A stretch of DNA of 64,000 bases from Promethearchaeota archaeon (GCA_048937405.1 JBHLNF010000001.1:880785-944784); one strand, 5' to 3'; numbered from the stretch's first letter, positions 22,398-33,534 are shown. Numbers and translations are program-made. The notes: generated by a model not told the origin, from the letters alone.

Positions 22398-22915
22398 AAA
22401 AATTACCCTGAAAATACTTTTATCCTTAAATTTGGATTAATAACCTTATATTAGATTATTTCTGATAATTTAAAAGATTGTCCAATCTTTTGTACCAAAT
22501 GAATCCCAAAGAAATAGGATTCAAAAGCCATATCTTGAAATTAAATTTTGTTTTCTTTATAATTTTATTTATATATTCATCATTCAAGCCGAAATTTAAA
22601 GTTTGAAGGTAAAATGAAAAACTAATTTTCTAAATGAGATTAAAAACGCTTATTTAAAGAGTTAAACTTTGTTCCATCTGTTAATTCCGAAATTATTAAA
22701 TAGAAAAGTCTAGTTATATATCCGATTTTTAAATATTTAGCATTTCCTAATTTGTTGCTTATCTTATTGAATATTTCATTCTTAATGGAACTATTCTAGG
22801 AGGGGACAACAGGGGGAAGGGAAAAAAAAGAAAGATTATTCCTTCAATTAGTCTAGTAATTGGAGTTAAATTGGAAAAATGTGTTTTATAAGTCTAATTT
22901 TATCAAAATCTGAGT

Positions 22916-23833
22916 TTAAAAAGGATTTGGGGAATACCTTCCTCCCCCTGATCTCTTCATATCAGATAAACTAAAGATGACTAGACTATGTGAGTGGAAA
23001 AGCCGTTGATCTTCAAGAGCTTGACAAAGTTTTTGTAGAAAACTAATAATACCTTTAATTTGATTTTCTATTGTCAAATCATTAAAGAATCCTTCTCTAA
23101 ATCCCTCTTCTTGCCACATTTGGTTTTCATGCAAGATTATAGGGTAATCTTTAATAAGTTTAGAAGGAAAAAATTGGGGCCAGCGAGGATTATATGGTAT
23201 TTTTCCCCCATATTTTTTTGAGAAATCTACTATACCACTTACTTTATATGGAAGATCCCAATTCAATAATAATCCCTTCCGCATTATATAGAGATAATCA
23301 AATCGTTCACTTGGTTTGATGTCATTCTCAGTTACTACTTTTGTTATATTTTTTAATATTGAACCAAATTTCTTCCAGATTGTATCATACGCGAAAATAA
23401 AACAAAGTGGGGGATGAACCTGCCACCTTGGATCACCATCTAATCTTTTAAAAAAATTCATTCTTCTTAAATCTCTTATTTTTAGAAGGATTTCTTTTAA
23501 ATTTTTATTACTTAAGGTTGTTTTTACTTCAATACACATTGCAACACTCTCAATAAGAAAATATTCCGTTTCTGAATATATACGAGGGTATTTGGTTGAA
23601 TTCCAAATAACTATATCTTGCTCAGTTGATTCATTTCCATCTCGATCAAGTAATACCTTACTTCTAGCCAAATCAAATTTTCCAGGTAAAAACGATTTTA
23701 GGAAGTTGATGAGAACATCCTCATTTTCTCTTCCTTTTATACCCTGATGATTATAAAGAGAATTTAATTCACTAACTCTATTATTAAATTTATCATAAAT
23801 ATATTCCCAAAGGCGATTCTTCTTTGATTTCAT
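22916..23833 (-). CDS. DUF6602 / NucC-like PD-(D/E)xK nuclease
   Basis: G.E.E..L..FL...LP, D.DG..S.E.DIVI, IESV...IEVKT. Confidence 0.78.
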   Translation of the reverse strand: MKSKKNRLWEYIYDKFNNRVSELNSLYNHQGIKGRENEDVLINFLKSFLPGKFDLARSKVLLDRDGNESTEQDIVIWNSTKYPRIYSETEYFLIESVAMCIEVKTTLSNKNLKEILLKIRDLRRMNFFKRLDGDPRWQVHPPLCFIFAYDTIWKKFGSILKNITKVVTENDIKPSERFDYLYIMRKGLLLNWDLPYKVSGIVDFSKKYGGKIPYNPRWPQFFPSKLIKDYPIILHENQMWQEEGFREGFFNDLTIENQIKGIISFLQKLCQALEDQRLFHSHSLVIFSLSDMKRSGGGRYSPNPF

Positions 23834-24065
23834 AAAATCCTCCTTACGTAAAACCTATATATAGTATTTGGATCAAAATAATTTAAATTTTGTATTGTTT
23901 TAAATATATTTAAAATCCATTCTACTACTACTTTTTTCATGAGGGGATACATAAAGTGGATTGAAGTGAATTATCATGGAAAATTAGGAAAAAGATATAT
24001 TTCTGGTTTGTCTATTATTTGTAAGACAAAAAATTTAAAAAAGTAATAATAAGATTTTTGCTATA

Positions 24066-24866
24066 ATGAGTAATTCTGAAAAAATAAAGAAGAAAAAAAA
24101 AAAGGCATTAAGAAGTTTATATCAAAGAATTCAGAGAGAAGCAGAGAATGTAATTAATCAATGTCTAGCTTCCTCATCTAAAATAAAATACGCCCAACAA
24201 GCAGCGCCTAGGGAAATAATGATTAGATTATTAGATGAATATAATATAAATTTAAAATTTGTAGAAGAAGCTACAGAATGTAATTTTTTATTTAAAATCC
24301 AACCTTCAAATGATACATGGGATATGTTTGGACAATTATATAGGTTGGTGACAGAGTGTGAAAAAATAGTCCATATATTAGAGGAAGAAAAAACAGATAA
24401 AGGGATAACTCAAAAATTCATAAATCAATTAAAATCATTGAAAGATGATATTGAAAAAGAAAATATAATCGACTATGCTATAAAAAAGAATCTCGAAAAA
24501 TCTATTGATCTTTTTGAAAGAGGAGAAATAATATGTTCAGCTTTATTTTCAAGTAGAGTTATTTCATATACAATTGATCAATTTACTATTGATAAGAAAT
24601 TAATAGAGGAGAATGATGCTAAAAAAAAAAAAGAGAATTTTATTAACTTAATCATAAAAGATTGCATTAATAAAGGATTAATCGCAAAAGATAATAAAAA
24701 TTATATTAATAATTTACTCCAATTCATAAAGTTAGCTAGAAATAAATTAACTCACAATGTTTTATTTTTTCCTGAAGCAGCTGAATGTTTAGGCATTTTA
24801 TCCAATTCAATAGAATTAATCAAATTAAAAAATAAATTTGATGATTATCTTTCAAGAAAGGATTAA
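24066..24866 (+). CDS. Putative HEPN-like protein
   Basis: All-helical; C-terminal RNKLTH (RxxxxH). Confidence 0.55.
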   Translation: MSNSEKIKKKKKKALRSLYQRIQREAENVINQCLASSSKIKYAQQAAPREIMIRLLDEYNINLKFVEEATECNFLFKIQPSNDTWDMFGQLYRLVTECEKIVHILEEEKTDKGITQKFINQLKSLKDDIEKENIIDYAIKKNLEKSIDLFERGEIICSALFSSRVISYTIDQFTIDKKLIEENDAKKKKENFINLIIKDCINKGLIAKDNKNYINNLLQFIKLARNKLTHNVLFFPEAAECLGILSNSIELIKLKNKFDDYLSRKD

Positions 24867-25689
24867 ACATTCAATCTCTTTATTCTTATAATTTCGAAGA
24901 TCATCTTTTTTACAATCATAGAATTAGACTTGGTAACAACTTTTAAGTTGTTAATTTATCCAATATAAATAAGGTTATTAATACTATTAAATCTCTACAA
25001 CTAAGGTTTACATATTTGGAATATAGTTCAATACAATAATTTAAGAAAGAAACTTTGTAGCAATCATTGAGAATGTGGATTAAAAATATATTGATTTATT
25101 AGATAAAACTAAATATGCAAGGAATATTAATTGTCATTTGTACTTCAATTCATACCATTATTGATAAAAGAAAGAGGAAATTAACCTACTTCTAAAAAAT
25201 TAAAAATTATATTGTAAAATCTTTGTGATAAAGAGATCGAATTATATGAAGAGTTTATAAAAATATTAATTTTTTAATTATCCTTTTTTTCAAAGGAATT
25301 TTCATTGAAATCAGACTCTGAATTTACCTTTAGTATTATGTAATAAAAAATAAATATTAGTTATAAAATGAAAAAAATTAATTAAAGTTAAAAATTAAAA
25401 TAATGAGGAATTATTTGGAAAAATAAGAAAACCTAAATTTCAAATAATAATTATATATTGAATAAGCATCTTTTTTCTTTATTAGATTTAAAGAGTCTTT
25501 CCTATTATAATAAAATTTTTCTATTTCTCGGATTGCTTATACTACTATAAGGTATTTAGAGATTTTGAAAAAAAATATAGATTTTTAAAAACAATTGCAT
25601 AAATATTTATTGAGATGTATTATGTTTTAGATCCAAATAATAATTCATAATATAAAATATATTTTAGTTAATAAAATAAGGGTAGATGG

Positions 25690-27564
25690 ATGAATCAAAA
25701 TGAAAAAAAGGGATTAGATTCAAGAGATATGCATAACAGAGTTCTAAAGAAAAATTCTGAATATTATTGCACTAATAATTTCAAAAAATGCCATGATCAA
25801 AATAATACAATTAATAATTTTAATGAAAATGCTCAATTTCAAGAATATAATATTCTCAATAATAAAATTTTAAACTACACTATAAATCCGAATTTTACTT
25901 GCGAAGAAATGAATATAATTCATTACATACTTGAAGAAGCTGAAAATAAAAATATAAAATTAAAAGTATTCAAAAGAATAATTTCAGAAGAGCCTCCTTC
26001 AGGAGGTGAAAGAATTGCTTTAAATAAAGCAATATCCATACTGAAAAATCTCATTGACGAAGGAAGATTACCGATATATAGTAAGATAGATGAAATAGTA
26101 AGTCCTTATAAAGAAATTCTCGGAGATTATATTAATAAAGATCACCCTGAATTTGAATTTTATACTAATCAAACAAATAAGAAATATGTTCAAATCATCT
26201 ATGAAATTATAGCATTATTTGGAATGGGGACAACTACAGATACATACATAGGACATACTGCATTTAATAAGAAGGAAAGAATGATCGCCCATTTACGTGA
26301 ATCTTTAAAGCTATTTGTTGAAATTTATGAATTAAAAACACAAAATTCAATAATTGATTGGTTAGATGTCAAAAAAGATTCTCCATTAAAATCAGTTGAT
26401 TATTATCCTCCAAGATTCATTTTAAAAACATTCTTAGAAGGTTTAAAGAGACTTAAGGGTTTTAATAGTATTAAGGAACTTTACACATTTTCAAGAGGTA
26501 TTATTTCAGCTAAAAATGATTCAACTATTCAAGCCGAATGTGAAGAAATAGTAAATGAATTACTAGAAAATAAATTGATTGCAATGAATATACTAGAAGT
26601 TCACTTTTCTACTAAATTCGTATATGAAAATGAAAATTGGTATAAACTTCCACAGAATTATAAAAAAAAAGGGACTGTCTATCCAGAAGGATTAAATATG
26701 CATAACAATATAGAAGGCAAATCAGATTATAGAATGATACCTTTGTATGATACATCTTTCTTAATTTCTATAGGATATAAACCACCAATTATTGTAGGAA
26801 TACTCAACGAAGTGTATGGAGAAGATTTTAATGAGGTGCTAATTAGAACTAGATTGAATGAATCTTTTAATAATTCTCATTATAAAGAATTATTAAAATG
26901 TGTTTTTGAAGAAGTTTTGGAGAAAAAGCTAACTCTTAATCGGAAATTAATTACAAAAGCAATTAATCGTGGACAAGACTTTTTTTTTAGTGATGAATTT
27001 AAACAATGGTATGGAGAATCCGTTTCATTAAAAGAATTAAAGAAAGTTTTGAGAAGCAAAAAAATACATAATGAAGAATTCAATTGGGATAATATTCAAA
27101 AAGAAATTAATGATTATTATGAAAATAAGCTAATAAAAGGAATTCCTAAATCGCAATGGATTAGTTGGTTTATTGATAAAAGAATCGGAATGGATGATAT
27201 CGGTGAAAAAGCTGGTTACTCTGATGGACGGAGCTTTAGTAATCACTTCTGGAAACTTAATCGTGTTCAAGAAATTTTTGGAGTCTCAAGTATGAGAGAA
27301 GCAGTTGTAAAATATAGACGTAAAAGAGTTATTAAAGAATTAAAAAAGGGACAAACTATTTCAATCAACACTTTAGAAAGAATTTTTGTAGATATCTTTG
27401 GTTATAGAACAAAACAAAATTATTATAAATCTAGTTATTATTGGGCAATTATGAGTAGAGTGTTTAGAGAAATCTTCCCTGAATTTGATAATAACGATAA
27501 TTTATCTCCCAAACAATATCTTCAAGATTTGGTTTTTAAAATTTCATTGGGAGAATTTAAATAA
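25690..27564 (+). CDS. GIY-YIG-like endonuclease with C-terminal HTH-like region
   Basis: IIYEI..TYIGHT..ERM..H, later ENE.WY..GTVYPEGLN; C-terminal MDDIGEKAGYSDGRSFSNHF. Confidence 0.6.
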   Translation: MNQNEKKGLDSRDMHNRVLKKNSEYYCTNNFKKCHDQNNTINNFNENAQFQEYNILNNKILNYTINPNFTCEEMNIIHYILEEAENKNIKLKVFKRIISEEPPSGGERIALNKAISILKNLIDEGRLPIYSKIDEIVSPYKEILGDYINKDHPEFEFYTNQTNKKYVQIIYEIIALFGMGTTTDTYIGHTAFNKKERMIAHLRESLKLFVEIYELKTQNSIIDWLDVKKDSPLKSVDYYPPRFILKTFLEGLKRLKGFNSIKELYTFSRGIISAKNDSTIQAECEEIVNELLENKLIAMNILEVHFSTKFVYENENWYKLPQNYKKKGTVYPEGLNMHNNIEGKSDYRMIPLYDTSFLISIGYKPPIIVGILNEVYGEDFNEVLIRTRLNESFNNSHYKELLKCVFEEVLEKKLTLNRKLITKAINRGQDFFFSDEFKQWYGESVSLKELKKVLRSKKIHNEEFNWDNIQKEINDYYENKLIKGIPKSQWISWFIDKRIGMDDIGEKAGYSDGRSFSNHFWKLNRVQEIFGVSSMREAVVKYRRKRVIKELKKGQTISINTLERIFVDIFGYRTKQNYYKSSYYWAIMSRVFREIFPEFDNNDNLSPKQYLQDLVFKISLGEFK

Positions 27565-27693
27565 AAATTTTATTGAAATTTAATTTAAAACGCTAAAAAT
27601 ATATAAAAATAATTTGGAATGATATCTTTAATTATATTAATATTTATAAAATTAAATGTTTAGGATTTAATACTATATTATTAATTAAATATA

Positions 27694-28671
27694 ATGATGG
27701 ATAAAGTAGACAATCTTCCATGGGTTGAGAAGTATCGACCTAGAATACTAGATGATGTAGTAAATCAAGTGGGAATTATAAAAAGATTAAAACAATTTGT
27801 TAAAGACAAATCTATGCCTCATCTTATTTTTGCAGGTCCCGCAGGGACGGGAAAGACAACTTCTGCGTTAGCTATGGTAAGAGAATTATATGGGAGGAAG
27901 ATGGCAGTTAATAGGACATATTTAGAATTAAATGCTAGTGATGCTCGTGGAATTGATGTGATCAGGACTTTTATAAAAGATTTTGCAAAAGCACGACCTC
28001 CTGTGGATATTGCTTTTAAAGTATTAATATTAGATGAAGCGGATAACATGACGGCTCCCGCCCAACAAGCCTTAAGGAGAACTATGGAAAAATATACTAA
28101 GAACTGTCGGATGGTTTTAATTTGTAATTATTCAAATAAAATAATCCCTCCAATTCAATCTAGATGTGTAGTGTTTAGATTTGCTTCTTTAAATGCTGAT
28201 GATATTAAAAATAGGATAAAATATGTAGCACAACAAGAAAAAATTACGTTAATTCCTGGAGGATTAAATGCAATAGTAAATGTTTCTCAGGGTGATTGTA
28301 GAAGAGCAATTAATTATTTACAATCTTGTGGTACAATTTCTAAAAAAATAGATGAAGAAATTGTTTTTCGTGTTGCTGGAGAGGTTCCTCCTGAAAAGAT
28401 TAAAGAAATTTTAAATACTGCTATACAAGGACAACTATCCTTATCGATTAAACTTTTAAATGAATTGATTAAAGAATATGGACTTTCAGGACAAAACATC
28501 ATAAAAAATTTGCATAGAGAAATTTATGATTTAAACATAAAAGAAACTTTAAAAATAGAATTGTCAAAATTATTAGCTGAATTTGAATATCGGTTAAGCC
28601 AGGGTGGTACTGAAGAGATTCAACTTCAAGCTTTAATAGCTAAAATTGTCTTGCTGCAAAACCTTGAATAG
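27694..28671 (+). CDS. rfcS: Replication factor C small subunit (no intein)
   Basis: PWVEKYRP, GPAGTGKT, ELNASD.RG, DEAD, SRC. Confidence 0.97.
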   Translation: MMDKVDNLPWVEKYRPRILDDVVNQVGIIKRLKQFVKDKSMPHLIFAGPAGTGKTTSALAMVRELYGRKMAVNRTYLELNASDARGIDVIRTFIKDFAKARPPVDIAFKVLILDEADNMTAPAQQALRRTMEKYTKNCRMVLICNYSNKIIPPIQSRCVVFRFASLNADDIKNRIKYVAQQEKITLIPGGLNAIVNVSQGDCRRAINYLQSCGTISKKIDEEIVFRVAGEVPPEKIKEILNTAIQGQLSLSIKLLNELIKEYGLSGQNIIKNLHREIYDLNIKETLKIELSKLLAEFEYRLSQGGTEEIQLQALIAKIVLLQNLE

Positions 28672-29481
28672 ATTATATTTAAGGCCAAATTTGATCTCTT
28701 TTTGTGAGAAAAAAGCATTCATTCTACTCTTAGATTTTAAATCTTCAATAAATTTAATCTTATCATTATATTTAATATCCCAAAGAATTAATCCTCTGGG
28801 ATCTGCTGGTTGGTATGAATAAATTTTTGATGGATCGAATAGTTTGAGAAAATCTTCATAAAGAATTGTACCCATTCCTAACTCTAAAACTTTTTTAATT
28901 ATTCTTCTGATTTGTTGTCTAAGAAACGATTTACTTATAAATTGAAATATTAAATGATCATTTTGAATTGAAAGTATTACAGAATCCATATCTCTCACAG
29001 TATTTATGATTTCCGTTGTTGATTTTGAGAAATTAGAGAAATTGTGTCTCCCTTTCAATTGTAAACATGCTTTTTCCATAATATTGATATTTATATCTGA
29101 AGTCTTTTGAAGTATAGAAACTGGTACAGGCACAATATATATGTAATGTCTTAAGATAGCGCTATTTCTAGATGAGAATGCTAATGGTACTTTTGTATAA
29201 GCCCAAAAACCTATTTCCCTTGGCAATACACTGTTAATTTCCATTAATATTGGTTTTTTTTCAATAATACATGTGAAACATGCCCCTCGAGCAGATACAA
29301 GTCTGTCAGTTCTACTAGCAAATTCAAATTCTGAATTGCTACCTTTTTGAATGTATCCTCTATTCATTAAGGCAGATAGGATTGATTGCTCAATTGTTAA
29401 AAAATTAGGTTGCCTTTGAGAACCATAATATTTTTTTTTTCCAATATAGTATATTTTAAAGAGATATTTAGATTTTGCCAT
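28633..29481 (-). CDS. truA: tRNA pseudouridine(38-40) synthase
   Basis: G.QRQP, SRTD..VSA, G.HNFSNF, SFL.QQIR; 39-bp convergent overlap with rfcS. Confidence 0.92.
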   Translation of the reverse strand: MAKSKYLFKIYYIGKKKYYGSQRQPNFLTIEQSILSALMNRGYIQKGSNSEFEFASRTDRLVSARGACFTCIIEKKPILMEINSVLPREIGFWAYTKVPLAFSSRNSAILRHYIYIVPVPVSILQKTSDININIMEKACLQLKGRHNFSNFSKSTTEIINTVRDMDSVILSIQNDHLIFQFISKSFLRQQIRRIIKKVLELGMGTILYEDFLKLFDPSKIYSYQPADPRGLILWDIKYNDKIKFIEDLKSKSRMNAFFSQKEIKFGLKYNLFKVLQQDNFSY

Positions 29482-29664
29482 ATTGATCTTATCTTTAATT
29501 TTTTTAGATATTTATACTAAATATCACATACTACTTTCACATTTTTTAGATTTTATTTTCTTGTTTGGTTAAAGAAAAACATTTTAATCTAAAGGATTTT
29601 TTTAATATTCAAATTTTAATATGGTTATTTTATAAGTTAGTTATAAAATTGTTTAAGTAATATT

Positions 29665-32600
29665 ATGGTAAAGATATCTACTTCCCTAAGGAACTTTCGT
29701 GATCGCGTTAGAACATCAATATCAGTGAAAGCTAGCAATATTTTATTTTTTCTAGCATTATTTTTATTAGTAACTTTAGCTATTCTTATTAGATTAAGTC
29801 CACTTATCAGAGGAATAACAGTAATTAAAGCATTTGATCCTTGGATTCAATGGTACAATGCCGAGTACTTAAATGAGCATACTCTTTATGAATATTTTAA
29901 TTGGGTAGATTATAAAAGTTGGTATCCTCAAGGTTATTATAGAGGTGGTTTACGACCAGGATTAACTTTCACAGTAGTAGGGATTTATAAGATATTTAAT
30001 TTTTTGGGATTACCAGTATCCTTATATGATATATGTTTCTATTTTCCAGCATTTATGGGCGGGATAACAATACTTGTGACATATTTCTTAGGAAAAGAAG
30101 TACTTAATCGTGCTACAGGATTATTAGCAGCATTCTTTTTAGCTTTTAATCCAGGATACTTACAGCGGACTACTGCAGGATTTTTCGATAATGAAACAAT
30201 TGGAGTATTTGCTACATTAATGACTTTTTTATTTTTTCTAAAAGCGGTAAAAGGAGGAAAATTTTCTCATTCTGTAATAGGGGGTGTTTTTTTGGGCTAT
30301 TTATCATTAAGTTGGGGTGGATATCAATTTGTATTCTTAATAATACCTATTTTATGTGCCATTTTGATTTTAATAAATAAATACAATGAAAATGTATTAA
30401 TAGCTTATGCTGGAGTTCAAGGAACAGGCTTATTTATATTTTCACTATATAGTAGATTTAATTATGATACTCTATTTTCCGACCTAGATATTGGGGGAAT
30501 CTTCTTTGTTACCATTATTTTAATTATATTCCATATAATTTACACAAAAAAGACTGAACATCCAAAGCTATATAACAATTTAATAAATATAGTAAAATGG
30601 GGATTTATTCCAGTAGCATTAATACTTGCTATGGTAATATGGATTTCTCCTCAAATTTTGCCTTTTAGTTTTGGTTCACGATTCATGACCATCCTTAATC
30701 CTTCATTTCGAAACGAGATTGCCTTAGTTGCTTCAGTTGCGGAACAAATGCCAAGTGCATGGAGTGTGTTTTATTACAATACACTAATTCCTTTAGTACT
30801 TATACCTTTGGGTATTTATTTTTGTTTTAAAAGGTTAAATGCAGCAGACATTTTTATTATTGCCTTTGTTATTTTGATGTATTATTTCACTGGAAGCATG
30901 ATTCGCATAATCCTAATTTTTGCTCCAGCAGCAGCACTAGCGGGAGCATATGGTTTGAGTAGTATTTTAAAAATATTTGGGAGTTTTATAGGAGAAAGGA
31001 AAGTTGGGATTAGCAGAAAACGAAGAAGACAGATAAAGGAAACATTAGGAAGATCAGAAGTTCTTGTTGTATATCTTATTGTAGGTATTTTATGTACCGT
31101 ACAAATTACTCATGCCAGTAATATTGCTATTACTCAAATGTCTCATGCTCAGATGATACCTGGTGATGCATTGCATGACTGGGAGGAATCTTTAACTTGG
31201 ATGAAAAATAATTTAGATGGGACTGATGTCGTGGTGTCATGGTGGGATTATGGGTATTGGCTTACTCCAATCGGGAATGTTACAACAGTAAATGACAATG
31301 CTACTAAGAATTCAACTAGGATAGGCTTAACAGGAATGGCTTTGATGCAAACCAATGAAATTTATAGTGCTAAAGTATTTAAGAGACTTCATGCGGATTA
31401 TGCTTTAGTTTATTGGGGCTTTTTAAATCCTGGATTAGGCGGTGATGAAGGAAAATGGACATGGATGCTTCAGATTTGTAATGATCATTATGCTAAATAT
31501 AAACAGATGGGAATGGAAGAAGATAATTGGGCTGCAAATGCGGTTTTCGATGAAAGTAAATATTATAATGCGTCAAACCAAGGAGCTCGTGAAGATTCAT
31601 GGTTTGATAGTCAACTTGTTAAATTAATGTTTTTTCTTGAACCTACCACACCTCATGATTCACCACAAAGTATCCTTCAACAATTTCAGAATAATTATAT
31701 TTCATACATCAGTCAAGCCAAAGACGATGATGGAGATCCATGGATTTCTCATGTTCCTACTGACGGAAATTATCAATCTATAGTATTTTATCCAACTTAC
31801 TTTTCAGCGAATCATTTAGTAAAGTTATACAAGATTGATTACACTGTATTAGAATCGAGATTTGTTATTAATGATCCAGAAGTTTTTGAAAATGGATATG
31901 GTACATTTAAATTTAAAAATACTGGCACAAAAGATTTACAAATCAATAATGTAGAAATAAATGGAGAAAAATATCCTTTTAGGATAAGTAGTGGAAATAA
32001 TATAGTTATTAATGGAACTGAAGAACTTGTGTGGATTGATACTCAAGATTCAAATTTTCAGAAGGATGATATCGTCAAAATAAGTGTTACAACTCAATCA
32101 ACAGCACTATACAACAGAGATTATATCTTTACTAATGCAACAAGTAACTTTTTTGTTAAAGAGGCAAAAGAACAGGGAATTAGAATTAATAAAGAAAATA
32201 GTATAGTTATTCAGAGGGATCCTTCTAGTGTTGATATTCATTTAGAAGTAGAAAACATAGGAGAATCAATAGCCTTGTTAGACAGATTTTATGTTAATAG
32301 TAATACATTAGATAATACCTTTAACGAAACGAACATCGAATATTTAAGTGGTTCTGCTATCCTTGGACCAACAGAAAAAGCAAACATTTTGATACAAAAT
32401 ATTACAACTGACTTTTACCCAATCTCAACATTCAATAAAATAGGAGTTTCAACTCCAAATAACATTTCTGATGAAATTTTATTTACATCAAGTAATGAAA
32501 ACTTTTCTCTGTCAATTTTGAAACAGGATCGAACGATATCCCCCGAACTTAAGGCAACTCTTAATGGTAATTTCAGAAAACATATCCCAATCGATTTAAG

Positions 32601-33534
32601 TGAATCATATGCTTATACAACTGATATTGGAACTACTACTTTAAATATTAAGGTAAAAAATACTGGAGACATCATATTTGGGCTTGATTCAGTTTATTTA
32701 ACAGAATCTTTAGAGAAAGTACCTGATGAAAAAATAAATATTCCTTTGGGTGGTGAGAATTTAGATAGTGGTGAAGAAACAATAATCACAATAGATGCAA
32801 CCACCATCCCTGGTATTTTAGGAGAGATTAATGAAGAGATTTTAGTATGTATCACAGGAAATTTTGGAATTAATGGTTCTATTGTTACATCAGATATTGG
32901 ATATGTACATACTATAAACAATGAACCGGACATTCAAATAATCGATACTGTTGAAAATAATAATGTATCTTATATATATTCCAATGAAACAGGAAAATTA
33001 GTTATTAAAAATACTGGGAATGCTCCAATAAGGCTCACCAACATATCTATTAATAGTACTTCTGTTAGCAATCTTGTTTATACATATGGAGATTCTTCAT
33101 TAGATATTCAGGAATGTGCTGTAATTTCGTTTGATATTCCAGACCTAAAGATAAATGATTCAGATGAATGTATTGTAAAGATATTAACGAATTCTTCCTT
33201 ACAATTAAACAAAACATTATATGCGTATACAGATCCAACTTATTATAATATAATTATTGATGACGCAGGAACCTCAGCAGATTATTCCGGAGATTTGACG
33301 ATCTTAGTAAAAAATGAAGGTCTATTAAATGTTACTCTCGATTCGATTTACATTAATAATACATACTACTCTCTGGATCTTTTCAATATAGAATCCATGA
33401 TAATTGGGGCTGGAGAATCATCAGAACTTACAATTGATATGGGCCTTCTTCCATATATTGTTGATGATAAATTAGAAATATTGGTCCGTACTCTCGAAGG
33501 TGCGGAATATACTCACGAAGAAATTGTAATCTAA
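29665..33534 (+). CDS. aglB: Oligosaccharyltransferase AglB/STT3 with long C-terminal Ig-like repeat extension
   Basis: FDPW, GFFDNE, SVAEQ, WWDYG, DNAT, DEGK motifs; multi-TM N-terminal half. Confidence 0.95.
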   Translation: MVKISTSLRNFRDRVRTSISVKASNILFFLALFLLVTLAILIRLSPLIRGITVIKAFDPWIQWYNAEYLNEHTLYEYFNWVDYKSWYPQGYYRGGLRPGLTFTVVGIYKIFNFLGLPVSLYDICFYFPAFMGGITILVTYFLGKEVLNRATGLLAAFFLAFNPGYLQRTTAGFFDNETIGVFATLMTFLFFLKAVKGGKFSHSVIGGVFLGYLSLSWGGYQFVFLIIPILCAILILINKYNENVLIAYAGVQGTGLFIFSLYSRFNYDTLFSDLDIGGIFFVTIILIIFHIIYTKKTEHPKLYNNLINIVKWGFIPVALILAMVIWISPQILPFSFGSRFMTILNPSFRNEIALVASVAEQMPSAWSVFYYNTLIPLVLIPLGIYFCFKRLNAADIFIIAFVILMYYFTGSMIRIILIFAPAAALAGAYGLSSILKIFGSFIGERKVGISRKRRRQIKETLGRSEVLVVYLIVGILCTVQITHASNIAITQMSHAQMIPGDALHDWEESLTWMKNNLDGTDVVVSWWDYGYWLTPIGNVTTVNDNATKNSTRIGLTGMALMQTNEIYSAKVFKRLHADYALVYWGFLNPGLGGDEGKWTWMLQICNDHYAKYKQMGMEEDNWAANAVFDESKYYNASNQGAREDSWFDSQLVKLMFFLEPTTPHDSPQSILQQFQNNYISYISQAKDDDGDPWISHVPTDGNYQSIVFYPTYFSANHLVKLYKIDYTVLESRFVINDPEVFENGYGTFKFKNTGTKDLQINNVEINGEKYPFRISSGNNIVINGTEELVWIDTQDSNFQKDDIVKISVTTQSTALYNRDYIFTNATSNFFVKEAKEQGIRINKENSIVIQRDPSSVDIHLEVENIGESIALLDRFYVNSNTLDNTFNETNIEYLSGSAILGPTEKANILIQNITTDFYPISTFNKIGVSTPNNISDEILFTSSNENFSLSILKQDRTISPELKATLNGNFRKHIPIDLSESYAYTTDIGTTTLNIKVKNTGDIIFGLDSVYLTESLEKVPDEKINIPLGGENLDSGEETIITIDATTIPGILGEINEEILVCITGNFGINGSIVTSDIGYVHTINNEPDIQIIDTVENNNVSYIYSNETGKLVIKNTGNAPIRLTNISINSTSVSNLVYTYGDSSLDIQECAVISFDIPDLKINDSDECIVKILTNSSLQLNKTLYAYTDPTYYNIIIDDAGTSADYSGDLTILVKNEGLLNVTLDSIYINNTYYSLDLFNIESMIIGAGESSELTIDMGLLPYIVDDKLEILVRTLEGAEYTHEEIVI

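Noticed and set aside
22795-23960. GAGGGGA motifs on both sides of the NucC-like gene as cassette recombination sites
   Set aside because: Only about 7-10 nt of similarity and not found around the other island genes.
24867-25689. Long AT-rich intergenic region as ncRNA or CRISPR array
   Set aside because: No periodic repeats or GC-rich stems visible.
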